The position numbers and the translations under genes are program-made. DNA of 64,000 nt from Gammaproteobacteria bacterium (GTDB taxonomy: Bacteria > Pseudomonadota > Gammaproteobacteria > Eutrophobiales > Eutrophobiaceae): contig CBDCTH010000012.1 in the NCBI GenBank assembly GCA_965222155.1, positions 320,001 to 384,000 on the forward strand, given 5' to 3'. Of the stretch, positions 50,635-60,875 are shown one piece after another (the stretch's first letter is position 1; each line of letters begins with the position of its first letter). The notes beneath the pieces are model-generated. The model saw nothing but the letters and a program-made list of their open reading frames with translations. It had not been told where the DNA came from and did not search any database.

Positions 50635-51969
50635 ATGCAATCAAAGTTGAATAATAGTTATCCGCCGCGACTTTATGCCTGGCTGGTCGTACTCATTCTT
50701 TTGCTGGCGAATATCTGCTCGTTTGTAGACCGCATGATACTCACCTTGCTTGTCGAACCGATCAAGGCGGATCTCTTACTCTCAGATACCCAGATTGGAG
50801 TGTTGCACGGGTTTGCCTTTGCCGCCTTTTATGCCTTGATGGGGCTGCCCATAGGACGTCTGGCTGATCGTGTGCATCGACGCAACGTCATCGTGATAGG
50901 GATCACCCTGTGGAGTTTCATGACGGTATTTTGTGGTTTGGCGCGCAATTTTCTGACTTTATTTCTTGCCCGGATGGGAACAGGGGTCGGCGAGGCGACA
51001 TTCAACCCATGCGCCTTTCCGCTGCTGGCCGACTATTTCCCCAAATTCACCCGCAGTAAGGCAATGAGCCTAGTGGCAATCGGACCGTATTTTGGCGGTG
51101 GCCTATCTTTTGTGCTGGGAGGGCTCGTGCTGGCGTGGGTGACGGAAATGGGAATGATATCCATGCCGTATATTGGAGAAATCAAACCATGGCAGATGAC
51201 ATTCTTTATCGTCGGCGCACCGGGCATATTGATCGGACTCCTGGTGTTATTGATTGTCCGGGAACCTAAGCGACACGAAAAGATCGCAGGAGATGCGCAG
51301 GGTGAAGCAACCCTGGGGTGGAAAGACACTTTTCGATTCGTATATCGGAATATCAATGTATATGCGTTAATTACGTCCGGCGCCGCATTCAATATTCTGG
51401 TCGCCTATGCCGTGAACGGCTGGACGCCAACCCTGTTCATACGCGTTTACGAATGGGAAGCCGCCAGGATCGGCACGATATTCGGCCTGATTTACATGAT
51501 TTTTGGCTCATGCGGCACCTTTATCGGCGGAATGATCGGTGACATGCTCTACAGGAAAGGGCACTATGATGCATATATCAGGGCGATGCTGATACTCATT
51601 CCCGGAGCTGTATTAATCGCATTCATGCCGCTGCTGTCTACGCCGGAATCCTCGTTGCTATGTCTCTCGCTTGGAATTCTTTGTCTGTCTACAGGCGTAG
51701 GACTGCCGATTACAGCCCTGACACAGGTAACGCCAAACGAATTCCGCGGGCAGGTTCTGGCGATGTACTTCTTTTGCCTGTATGTATTTGGCGTGGGGGT
51801 GGGTCCGGTTGCCGTCGCCGTCATGACGGATTATCTTTTCCAGGACACTGCCGCCATTCAATACTCGCTGGGACTGGTCGCTGCCATCGCCATTCCCCTG
51901 AATGTTACGATGCTTTGGTTCTGTTTGAAGCCCTATGCCAGAATGCTAAAGGCTTTTCAACATGCTTAA
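50635..51969 (+). CDS. MFS transporter (spinster-like)
   Basis: FVDR, GRLADRVHRR, RMGTGVGEA; about 12 TM segments. Confidence 0.9.
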   Translation: MQSKLNNSYPPRLYAWLVVLILLLANICSFVDRMILTLLVEPIKADLLLSDTQIGVLHGFAFAAFYALMGLPIGRLADRVHRRNVIVIGITLWSFMTVFCGLARNFLTLFLARMGTGVGEATFNPCAFPLLADYFPKFTRSKAMSLVAIGPYFGGGLSFVLGGLVLAWVTEMGMISMPYIGEIKPWQMTFFIVGAPGILIGLLVLLIVREPKRHEKIAGDAQGEATLGWKDTFRFVYRNINVYALITSGAAFNILVAYAVNGWTPTLFIRVYEWEAARIGTIFGLIYMIFGSCGTFIGGMIGDMLYRKGHYDAYIRAMLILIPGAVLIAFMPLLSTPESSLLCLSLGILCLSTGVGLPITALTQVTPNEFRGQVLAMYFFCLYVFGVGVGPVAVAVMTDYLFQDTAAIQYSLGLVAAIAIPLNVTMLWFCLKPYARMLKAFQHA

Positions 51970-51992
51970 GAGTCCTTATACGTTTCCAAAAA

Positions 51993-53080
51993 TTATATAT
52001 CGATATTCGGATCAATCCCCATAGCTGAACGGATCTCGTAGATTTCATCCGGCAGGCCCTCAGCCGGTATTCCCTGCATCAAAAACGCAGCATGGCCCTG
52101 TCTTTTTACACGGTTACGCCAGCCTTCAGACTTGTCTTCCGGCTCAATCGCGTTCTCCCAAAGCTGCTGTAAATCTGAATCTAACTGCTGCCGTCTCTGT
52201 TTGATGTCAATCTGTTTTATCCGCTCTATAAATGAGTTTTTATACCTGCCGTCAAACGCCTTCACATTGGCAGGGCAGACCTCCAGACAAATTCCGCAGG
52301 AATGGTAACTGCCCCCAGTAGGGCGCGCAGGCTTCCGTATCGACCACCCACTTCAGCGCACCTCGTACTTCCTGTTTCTCGTGAACGATGGCATCGCCTG
52401 GACAGTGTTCGACGCACATGCTGCAATTCCTGCAAAAATCTTCCACGCCGTAATCCCTGGATGAATCCAGGCTCATGGGTAAATCGGTGGTGACAGCCGA
52501 TAACTGGAATGAACAACCAAGTTGATCATTTATCAGGGAACCATGTTTACCCAGCTGCCCCAGTCCGGCCTGGATGGCATGGGGGATCATAATGATCTGC
52601 TCGAACCTCAAGGAGTGCGCTCGTGCGGGATAGCCTGACGCACGGATATATTCAGCCACCTTGGCGGACAGGGCGCCCATTTCCGCATAACTGCGCAGCA
52701 CTTCCCTGACGTGTCTCTCCGTGGCGCCGTGCTTAATCCATTCTACTGGCAAGAATCACGGCATATTTGTGCGGAACATCGTTTCCTTTGTAGATGTGAA
52801 ATGGATTGACTTCCGTGATGCCGACCATCTCCGCGCCTGCTTCCAGCCTCACGTTTTTAATACAATCTGCAGCTTCATCAAGACTGGTAAATAGTTTTTT
52901 TTCAGCGGCGACTTCACCTTCCACCTGCAAGACCCTGGCAATGGTCTATTCATTGTAGTGCAGGGTCCCTTCACTCACCGCATTGGCGAACACGTCATAA
53001 CCAAAACTGCGTACAACCTGAGTTGGTTCCACATATTCCAACTCGTCTTTACTCCACTCAGGTAAAACACGCTGGTTCAT
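51993..53080 (-). pseudogene. Reductive dehalogenase/QueG-like 2x[4Fe-4S] protein, disrupted
   Basis: Fragments GAEMVGIT, AIQAGLGQLGKHG, VTTDLP, FCRNCSMCVEHCP and CGICLEVCP lie in different frames, with an in-frame TAG near 52948. Confidence 0.75.
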
Positions 53081-53190
53081 TATTTGCACCTGGATGTTGA
53101 TGTAAATACAGCATACTCGTGGTCAAGCTGATTCTAATCATCATATGATGTGGGAATCCATGCAGCACCTTGCCGATGAAAGGTATTGAT

Positions 53191-53448
53191 TTATGCACTT
53201 TTTCTCCGTGGATTCGGTTTATGCTTGATGCCGATTAGTGCGTCAATGGAAAGATCTTCGTCAATCAAAGGCCAGTGAATTCCATATCCGGAAGGAGAAA
53301 TTTCAAATGCCTGTTGTTCTTCTTCCTTTGCGGTTGCCAATATACTGGAAGCTTCTTCCAGCTTGTGCTTGATATGTTTCCCGTCTACATCAAGGCTGAT
53401 GCAGCCGTTTTCTATACAGACGTTTTCCACTCTATGGTATTTATGCAT
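53191..53448 (-). CDS. DUF2442-like protein
   Basis: GYGIHWPLIDEDLSIDAL. Confidence 0.8.
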   Translation of the reverse strand: MHKYHRVENVCIENGCISLDVDGKHIKHKLEEASSILATAKEEEQQAFEISPSGYGIHWPLIDEDLSIDALIGIKHKPNPRRKSA

Positions 53449-53702
53449 TATTGTCGTCTCTTCTGAAACTCATACCATTTATCCATAATGTAATCATAAT
53501 GTTCAAATATGATTTTCCTGATCTGTCTCCTGTCTCTCGGAGCTAACGCGAACGCATAATCTTCCTGAATATCAAACTTATTGACGCCGATCAAATACTT
53601 GCATTCCATTCCCCCTTTTTGACAGTGAATATGAGCGGGTTCATTTCCTTCATTTGAGTAAAAGAAAAGTCGCCATCCTGATCGCCTCAATATTGTTGGC
53701 AT
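53448..53702 (-). CDS. DUF4160-like protein (TA-type partner)
   Basis: MPTI...GWRLFFYSNEGNEPAHIH; 1-bp overlap with the DUF2442 gene. Confidence 0.8.
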   Translation of the reverse strand: MPTILRRSGWRLFFYSNEGNEPAHIHCQKGGMECKYLIGVNKFDIQEDYAFALAPRDRRQIRKIIFEHYDYIMDKWYEFQKRRQ

Positions 53703-53781
53703 AAATCTTCCTTAATTCACATCAACGGATATAATATACCGCTCACGGAAAAAAGAACAGCTACGAACGGAGACCATTCCG

Positions 53782-55458
53782 ATGTTATCAGACATAGAGA
53801 TTGCCCAGCAGGCAAGCAAAAAACACATTATTAACCTCGCTGCGGAGCAGTACGGTATCGGCAGTGAGCACATGGAACCCTACGGCCATTACAAGGCCAA
53901 GCTGTCACTGGATTACATTGACAGTCTGAAGGACGAAGCCGACGGCAAATTGATCCTGACCACCGCCATCAGCCCCACGCCGGCGGGGGAGGGCAAGACC
54001 ACTACCACGGTCGGCTTGGGCGACGCCATGAACCGGATCGGCAAAAAGACCCTGATTTGCCTGCGCGAGCCATCCCTCGGACCCTGCTTCGGCGTCAAGG
54101 GCGGCGCTGCTGGCGGCGGCTATGCCCAGGTCGTGCCGATGGAAGACATCAACCTGCACTTTACCGGTGACTTTCATGCAATCGGCGCGGCGCACAACCT
54201 GTTGTCGGCAATGCTCGACAACCACATCAACCACGGCAACCGGTTGAATCTTGATCCCCGCCTGATTGCCTGGAAGCGGGTTGTGGACATGAATGACCGG
54301 GCCTTGCGCAAGGTCGTCATCTCCCTCGGCGGTACGGCCAACGGTTTCCCGCGGGAAGACGGTTACGACATCACCGTTGCCTCCGAAGTCATGGCCATCT
54401 TCTGTCTGGCGACCTCTCTCGCCGACCTGAGGGAACGACTCGGAAGAATTGTCATCGGCTACACCCGTGGCGATAGGCAGCCTGTGCATGCCAGCGACCT
54501 GAACGCCCACGGGGCAATGGCGGCGCTGCTGAAAGACGCCATCAAACCGAACCTGGTGCAAACCCTGGAGAACAACCTGGCCTTTGTGCATGGCGGGCCG
54601 TTTGCCAATATCGCCCATGGCTGCAACAGCGTGACCGCGACCAGGACCGCATTGAAGCTGGCGGATTACGTGATTACCGAGGCCGGGTTCGGCGCCGACC
54701 TGGGCGCGGAAAAATTCATTGACATCAAGTGTCGTATGGCGGGCCTGAAGCCCGCGGCCGTGGTGCTGGTGGCCACTATTCGCGCCATGAAATATCACGG
54801 TGGCGTCGACAAGCAGGATTTAAACGCGGAAAACCTGGAGGCGCTCGACAAGGGCCTGGTCAACCTGGAACGTCACCTGAATAACATCCAGCAACATTAC
54901 GGATTGCCGTGTGTGGTGTCCATCAATCATTTCACCAACGACACCGACGCCGAGATTGACATGCTGAAAAGCCGGGTGGAAGCGCTGGGCGGCAAGGCGG
55001 TGGTAGCCCGGCACTGGGCCGAAGGCGGCGCCGGCGCCGAGGAGTTGGCAAACACCGTTTCCGACGTAGTGGATAACAGCCCCGGCAACCACAGTTACGT
55101 CTATGATGACGACGTTTCACTGTGGGATAAGATAGAGGCCGTTGCCAGGAAGATTTACGGCGCCGGCAGTGTTACCGCCAACAGTAAGGTCCGGGCTGAG
55201 ATCGATAAACTGGGCCGGAATTACGGCAGTTTCCCGGTATGCATGGCGAAAACCCAGATGTCCTTTACTGCCGACCCCACGGTACGCGGCGCGCCGGAGG
55301 GACACAGCGTGGAAGTCAGCGAAGTCCGGCTGTCAAACGGAGCGGGTTTTATCGTAGCAATCGCCGGCAACATGATGACCATGCCGGGCCTGCCGAAAGT
55401 CCCTGCCGCCGAGAAGATCGACGTGGACGCCGACGGCAATATTACCGGTCTGTTCTGA
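53782..55458 (+). CDS. fhs: Formate--tetrahydrofolate ligase
   Basis: [46 protein letters not shown]. Confidence 0.97.
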   Translation: MLSDIEIAQQASKKHIINLAAEQYGIGSEHMEPYGHYKAKLSLDYIDSLKDEADGKLILTTAISPTPAGEGKTTTTVGLGDAMNRIGKKTLICLREPSLGPCFGVKGGAAGGGYAQVVPMEDINLHFTGDFHAIGAAHNLLSAMLDNHINHGNRLNLDPRLIAWKRVVDMNDRALRKVVISLGGTANGFPREDGYDITVASEVMAIFCLATSLADLRERLGRIVIGYTRGDRQPVHASDLNAHGAMAALLKDAIKPNLVQTLENNLAFVHGGPFANIAHGCNSVTATRTALKLADYVITEAGFGADLGAEKFIDIKCRMAGLKPAAVVLVATIRAMKYHGGVDKQDLNAENLEALDKGLVNLERHLNNIQQHYGLPCVVSINHFTNDTDAEIDMLKSRVEALGGKAVVARHWAEGGAGAEELANTVSDVVDNSPGNHSYVYDDDVSLWDKIEAVARKIYGAGSVTANSKVRAEIDKLGRNYGSFPVCMAKTQMSFTADPTVRGAPEGHSVEVSEVRLSNGAGFIVAIAGNMMTMPGLPKVPAAEKIDVDADGNITGLF

Positions 55459-55530
55459 AAATACAAGGGCTTAAGGCCTGAAAGAACTCCACGAAATCGA
55501 AGTCCCGTCATTCCGGGCTTGACCCGGAAT

Positions 55531-55633
55531 CCAGCGCAAAATCACGGGCGGACGCATCCCTGGCGAAGACGTAAACGTCCGTGTTCGGATACAGGTAGCG
55601 GGATAATTGCAGGACCAGGTGCGCCGAACCACC
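55531..55633 (-). pseudogene. Diverged 103-bp copy of an internal segment of the alcohol dehydrogenase gene (57234-57336)
   Basis: Encodes [34 protein letters not shown]; differences are mostly synonymous. Confidence 0.85.
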
Positions 55634-56238
55634 CCGCCCGTGACCCGTCCTGGCCGACCAATACCACTATGCCCCTCACCTACCATCCTGTTCCGCATAT
55701 TGCCTGAACAACCCGGGAACAAACCCGCTCGCCTTAAATCACCACAACAAAGCCAATTCGTCACACCCCGCAACCCGGGCCTTGCCTGGTTAATCATAGT
55801 GAGAGAGTCATATTATCCCGGCGAGTGGGCAGCTAATTCCAAGATAAGTCATAACCTTTATTTCGGAACAGCAGCCACAGGGATTGATTTTCCTATCCCT
55901 CCAATTCCGTTGAATTTTGCCTCCAGGGGGATACCCGTCTTTCGCGTTGCATCTATTTTTACTCGCTTCCATAGCGAGTCTTGACCTGACTTCACGAATT
56001 GTTACCTATGCGACCTCCTTACAGTAGCAGCCGGATAGGATATGCCGGGCTCATGAACTGAATCCAAGTGTTGAGACAAGTAGCTCAATCAGGTAACGAT
56101 TTATTGCAGAATCCGGGTTAAGGAAGATTACCTCTATTTTGGTAAAGAACAGAAGCAAGGCGAGAATATAAGGAAATGCAGAAATGACGGATATCGAGTA
56201 AACTAATAGTTATTGACAAATCCGCTGGGGAGTGATTG

Positions 56239-56427
56239 ATGCAAACTGCAAAACAAGACGTGGAAAGGATGCTGCAGCATTTACCTGGAGAAAGTACTTA
56301 TGAAGATATCCAATATCATTTATATGTACTGGAAAAGATTAAACGTGGACAAGACAATATTGCCAATGGTCAGAGTTGTAGTCACGAACAGGCGAAGGAA
56401 CGGTTAAGTCGATGGCTCAAACTGTAA
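56239..56427 (+). CDS. Small antitoxin
   Basis: TAKQDV...LP...[16 protein letters not shown]; overlaps the toxin start. Confidence 0.8.
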   Translation: MQTAKQDVERMLQHLPGESTYEDIQYHLYVLEKIKRGQDNIANGQSCSHEQAKERLSRWLKL

Positions 56428-56855
56428 TATGGTCTGATGAATCCCTGAAAGATATTGATAGTATTGCAGAGTTTATCAGTCGAGACTCTGCCCACCATGC
56501 CCAACGCGTTGTTGATGAAATCATTCGCATTGTAGAAACGTTGCAGACCCAACCTAAAATGGGTCGTATTGTCCCGGAATTAAACCAGCCACAGATACGA
56601 GAGCACTTCATATATAGTTATCGTATTATTTATGAAATCGAAGACGAACAACTTCATATTCTGGCTGTCATTCACGGTAGACGACCTACCAGACCCTCGC
56701 CCCGCGTGGAAGTCAGTGAGGTCAGGCTATCAAACGGAGCGGGTTTTATCGTAGCAATCGCCGGCAACATGATGACCATGCCGGGCCTGCCGAAAGTCCC
56801 TGCCGCCGAGAAGATCGACGTGGACGCCGACGGCAATATTACCGGCTTATTCTGA
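56412..56855 (+). CDS. RelE/ParE toxin fused in frame to 49 aa of the Fhs C-terminus
   Basis: GRIVPE...YRIIYEI...ILAVIHGRR followed by [11 protein letters not shown]...ITGLF. Confidence 0.85.
   Translation: MAQTVIWSDESLKDIDSIAEFISRDSAHHAQRVVDEIIRIVETLQTQPKMGRIVPELNQPQIREHFIYSYRIIYEIEDEQLHILAVIHGRRPTRPSPRVEVSEVRLSNGAGFIVAIAGNMMTMPGLPKVPAAEKIDVDADGNITGLF
56704..56855 (+). repeat. 152-bp direct copy of the fhs 3' end (55307-55458)
   Basis: Identical core with only synonymous changes near the edges. Confidence 0.95.
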
Positions 56856-57852
56856 GCACCTTTGCGCCTTTCACTGGCGCGAATTTCAGCGCCAGTAATG
56901 CCTTGTTGGCGTCTTCAAGCGGGTAGCTCTCGGTCTTTGGCTGAATAGGAATCGCCGCGCCGATATCGAGGAACTCCCGGATGTCCCAATGGGTGATGTT
57001 GGCGACGCTCTTTATCTCCTTTTCCCGCCACAGGTGTTCGTTGTAGTCAAGCCCTAACAAAGCCTCCTTGTCGCTATCTTCCTTGCGGATGGCGTTAATC
57101 ACCAGGCGGCCCCCAGGTCGCAGGTTGCGCATCGCATCCACTAGCGGTTTCCAGGCCGGTGTGGTGTCAATAACGGCATGTAGCCGGGCAGGACAGCCAT
57201 CGGCGCTGTCACCGGCCCAGACCGCACCCGATTCCAATGCAAATTCACGGGCAGACGCATCCCTGGCGAATACGTAGACATCCGTATCTGGATACAGGTA
57301 ACGGGATAATTGCAGGACCAGGTGCGCCGAACCACCGAACCCGGTCAGACCCAACCGGTCACCGTCATTGATCTGTGCCAGTTTCAATGCCCGATAGCCT
57401 ATTGCGCCGGCGCACAACAGGGGCGCTGCCTGCTCATCGGTGAAAACTTCCGGGATGGGATAGGCGTATTGCTCGGGAACGGTCATATACTCGGCGTATC
57501 CGCCGTTGACGTCTTTACCCGTTGCCAGGAATTCGGGACTCAGGTTTTCATCCCGTTTTCCGGTGGATTGGTGAATCCAGCCTACACCCACACGTACACC
57601 CGGTTCAAAAACCCGGGCATCTTTGCCGAGTTTTTCAACGACCCCAATGACCTCATGGCCCGGTACGACAGGAAGCCGGGGAGGTATGAGACGCCCCTCG
57701 ATTTCATCTAGTTCCGTATGGCAGACGCCACAGGCCGATATCCTGATAAGGACCTCACCAGAACCCGGTTCAGGTACTGGAATATCCACCAGGCGTAAAG
57801 ACTGCCTGTCGGGATCCATCGGACCAATTTCGGATAATGCCATTGCGTTCAT
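56839..57852 (-). CDS. Zinc-dependent alcohol dehydrogenase family protein
   Basis: CGVCHTE, PGHE, PLLCAG, GFGGSA. Confidence 0.9.
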   Translation of the reverse strand: MNAMALSEIGPMDPDRQSLRLVDIPVPEPGSGEVLIRISACGVCHTELDEIEGRLIPPRLPVVPGHEVIGVVEKLGKDARVFEPGVRVGVGWIHQSTGKRDENLSPEFLATGKDVNGGYAEYMTVPEQYAYPIPEVFTDEQAAPLLCAGAIGYRALKLAQINDGDRLGLTGFGGSAHLVLQLSRYLYPDTDVYVFARDASAREFALESGAVWAGDSADGCPARLHAVIDTTPAWKPLVDAMRNLRPGGRLVINAIRKEDSDKEALLGLDYNEHLWREKEIKSVANITHWDIREFLDIGAAIPIQPKTESYPLEDANKALLALKFAPVKGAKVLRISR

Positions 57853-57887
57853 AGTGACAACTCATTATAGTAAATAATTCTTGTTGT

Positions 57888-57964
57888 GCGCCCGTAGCTC
57901 AGCTGGATAGAGTACCTGGCTACGAACTAGGGGGTCGGAGGTTCGAATCCTTCCGGGCGCGCCA
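57888..57964 (+). tRNA. tRNA-Arg(ACG)
   Basis: GCGCCCG/CGGGCGC acceptor stem, loop CTACGAA, GGTTCGAATCC, CCA end. Confidence 0.97.
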
Positions 57965-57980
57965 TTTTCATGTGGGTCCG

Positions 57981-58000
57981 TACCGGAGATATGGTTTACA
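57981..58000. mobile_element. Putative transposon-end motif after tRNA-Arg
   Basis: TACCGGAGATATGGTTTACA, 18/20 identical to 38981-39000. Confidence 0.5.
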
Positions 58001-58090
58001 GTTTTTGAATAAACGGATTGGGAGCCGACGGTGCGTACCGGAGTTCAGATATTATACGCCAATAACACACAAATCGAGGCTGTATAGGAA

Positions 58091-58519
58091 GTGCTTGCTT
58101 CGAGCTTAGCGTTCAATTCACTACTTCTCATTTCCTGCCTGGTCATGGGCCTGGTTCTGGTGCGCTCGCGCATGCTCAGGAATGACCTATGGAAGGCGAC
58201 CCTGACCCCTCTCTCATTCATTATAGGGAGCGGCCTGTTACAGGAAAACAGCCGTGGCCGCCTGTCGACCAGGATTGGATACGTATCGATCTCCGTCTGT
58301 TCGATTCTGCTGGTGTGGGCGGTTGACCTGCTTGAGATCATCACGCTGGCTTCCCGGGCCTTTGCGACCTATTACTTCCTGCAGGCCCTGCTCGCCATCT
58401 TCTACAATTACAAGGATAGTCCTCCGATGGCGCGCGTGACGTTGGCCAATGAGATACTGTTCGTGACCCTCGCTATCATATTGGCCTACGTGATCGTATT
58501 CTCTATTCCCGCGGGTTGA
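58091..58519 (+). pseudogene. Probable internally deleted membrane transporter (APC-like)
   Basis: N-terminal-type motif WKATLTPLSFIIGSG abuts C-terminal-type motif EIITLASRAFATYYFLQ within only 142 aa. Confidence 0.45.
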
Positions 58520-58555
58520 GCGCCGTGCCGGAGGTTGTAATTGGAATATGACAAC

Positions 58556-59785
58556 TTATTTGGCGCGCCTTAAATCAATGAAAGGTAATTTCACTACCCT
58601 GGCATTCACCAAACCTGTTTTATCTTTAACATGAAACTGAACGGTCACTTCCGTGTCCGGTTCGCAATATTCTTTTTCCAAGTGCCCGAAACCGATGACC
58701 TTTTGAATTGTAGGACTCCAGGCAATACTGGTCGCACGGCCAATCTTTTTGCCGTCTTTCGTCACCACTAACGGATACCATATCGGGGTTGGAACCACAA
58801 CCGGAGCCAAACCCTGTGCGGTATACATCTCAGCTATCCCTTGCCATTCAATCTGTAACCCTACCCGGTTGCGCCAAACACCTGTTTCTATTTCTTTTAA
58901 CAGTGCGGCTTTGCCCAGGAAATCACCGCTGTCAAAATCAACAAACCGGCCTGCTCCCAATTCAAATGGTGAAGCTTTATTTTCCGAATCCACTTCAATC
59001 GGCGCGCCAATCGCATCAGTCACCGCTCCGCCATTAGTGAAATCCGGTCCCGGAATGATCAAACCGGCTTCTATACGTGCGGTATCCAAAGCAAGGTAAC
59101 CCGCGGGTTTTATACCGTGGGCATCTCCTGCTTCCATTATCGCATCCCACAGAGCTGCACCATTGTCTTCAGCGACACATAATTCATAACCATGTTCGCC
59201 AGTGAAACCTTGCCGGGCAACCTCCACATCAACCCCTCCGATTTCTGCAATACGGATCCGGGAAAACCTGAAACCCGACCAGTCTTCACCCGTTGCGGCT
59301 TCCAGGACTGCCCGGGATTTTGGACCTTGTAATGAAAGGATCCCGCGTTCGTGAGTGACTTCTTTGATTCGTATGTCAAAACCCTCAGCATTTTGCATGA
59401 GCCAGCCGTGACTCGGATCACCGGTGATTCGGAACCTGTCCTCACTCATCCGGAATGCCATACCGTCGCTGACTACCTTGCCGTCATGATCGCACCACGG
59501 TGTATAAAACACCTGATTTACCTCCATTTTCCTTGCATCACGGGTAATGATATAGTTGGTAAACCGCGCTGCATCCGGACCGGAAATATCAAATTTCGAT
59601 AGCGGGGACATGTCAATGACTGCTACAGCTTCACGAATGGCCTTGAGTTCATCATCGAGACCGCTGAATACATCAACGACGTGATAGATATCCCAGGCAA
59701 TCCATCTCACGAATAGATTCAACGGCTCTGTGCGTGATTTAAACGGTGTTCCTGCAAAGCCGGTATTGTTTATACCTGTCCCCAT
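58556..59785 (-). CDS. GcvT-family aminomethyltransferase / THF-dependent demethylase-like protein
   Basis: DMSPL, GPDA, LQGPKSR, RQGFTGEHGYE, ARIEAG. Confidence 0.9.
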   Translation of the reverse strand: MGTGINNTGFAGTPFKSRTEPLNLFVRWIAWDIYHVVDVFSGLDDELKAIREAVAVIDMSPLSKFDISGPDAARFTNYIITRDARKMEVNQVFYTPWCDHDGKVVSDGMAFRMSEDRFRITGDPSHGWLMQNAEGFDIRIKEVTHERGILSLQGPKSRAVLEAATGEDWSGFRFSRIRIAEIGGVDVEVARQGFTGEHGYELCVAEDNGAALWDAIMEAGDAHGIKPAGYLALDTARIEAGLIIPGPDFTNGGAVTDAIGAPIEVDSENKASPFELGAGRFVDFDSGDFLGKAALLKEIETGVWRNRVGLQIEWQGIAEMYTAQGLAPVVVPTPIWYPLVVTKDGKKIGRATSIAWSPTIQKVIGFGHLEKEYCEPDTEVTVQFHVKDKTGLVNARVVKLPFIDLRRAK

Positions 59786-59810
59786 TCCTGAACGTCACCC
59801 CCGGGATTCA

Positions 59811-60875
59811 TCAGGGTTTCCCCAGACCGAACAACTGCACCATGTCACGCCGATATTGGATGGAGAATTTATCGGCGGGGATGGAGGTTTCCTCTGCGAG
59901 GTTTAACGGCACTGAATACGGTCTCTGACTTTCCACAACGACAACGTCCTCCGAGTTGGTTACCAACTGGTACTCGGCGTAATCCTCTACGGTCGCCCCC
60001 GGAATATTGGTGAGTGAGATCTGGTAGATGACTGTTTCCCCGGCGCTGACGGGTGAGGCAATATCGTAGAAATGGCTGGTCATTTCCTCCGTATAGTCAA
60101 CCTTTAGATCCGTGGCATAGGGATAGGTCAGGTCATGGGTGTAATAGACTTCACGCTCACCGATATTGTCGTCATTAAACCCTCTTTCCACTTCGATATA
60201 AGGCAATTCCATGTGCAGACCGTAGTCGGTACGCTCCAGAATATAATCTTCCAGCTGCGGCCGTTGCCGGTTTCCGAACGTCTTCATGTGTACCCAGGAA
60301 ATATGGGCAATATCATTGAAGTTTTCACAGTGGCGGCTGGCAGTGGCCTGCCATACCCCCTTGGGTATTTCGATCCTGAGCCAGCCGGCATCGTGATTTT
60401 CCAGCAACGGCCATTCGGGCAATGGCCGTGAGGATTGGTCTTTAAGACATGCCCATACCAGGCCATAACGTTCAACCGATTGATAGGTGGTTAAACACAT
60501 CCTGGCGGGAATGGGCATATTCTGATCTACATAGGACGGAATTTTTGTACACGCTCCCTGGTAGTTGTAATGATGACCGTGAAACGGACACACTACGTTA
60601 TTACCGCCGTCATCCATCCAGCCCTGGCTGAGTTTTGTCCCGCGGTGAGGGCATTGGTCTTTTGCAACCGTGGTTCCCTCCGGGGTTTTATAGATGACCA
60701 GGTCGGTATCCAGCAACCTGACCGCCAGGGGTTTGTCCTTGATCTCCGAGGTAAATGCTACCGGATGCCAGAAAGCAGCCAGGATATGCCAGTCATTTTC
60801 AGAAATACCGCTGGCAGCCGGATAATCTGTTGTGACTGAGTGGCTGGTGGGTAAATACATATCACACAATTCCAA
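59811..60875 (-). CDS. Rieske oxygenase (VanA/HpxD-like)
   Basis: DWHILAAFWHPVA, CPHRG...CPFHG, ENFNDIAHISWVH. Confidence 0.88.
   Translation of the reverse strand: MELCDMYLPTSHSVTTDYPAASGISENDWHILAAFWHPVAFTSEIKDKPLAVRLLDTDLVIYKTPEGTTVAKDQCPHRGTKLSQGWMDDGGNNVVCPFHGHHYNYQGACTKIPSYVDQNMPIPARMCLTTYQSVERYGLVWACLKDQSSRPLPEWPLLENHDAGWLRIEIPKGVWQATASRHCENFNDIAHISWVHMKTFGNRQRPQLEDYILERTDYGLHMELPYIEVERGFNDDNIGEREVYYTHDLTYPYATDLKVDYTEEMTSHFYDIASPVSAGETVIYQISLTNIPGATVEDYAEYQLVTNSEDVVVVESQRPYSVPLNLAEETSIPADKFSIQYRRDMVQLFGLGKP

Noticed and set aside
38964-57964. tRNA ends exactly 19,000 bp apart; prophage or integrase island
   Set aside because: The round number is coincidental, and no integrase, phage genes or att duplication were seen.
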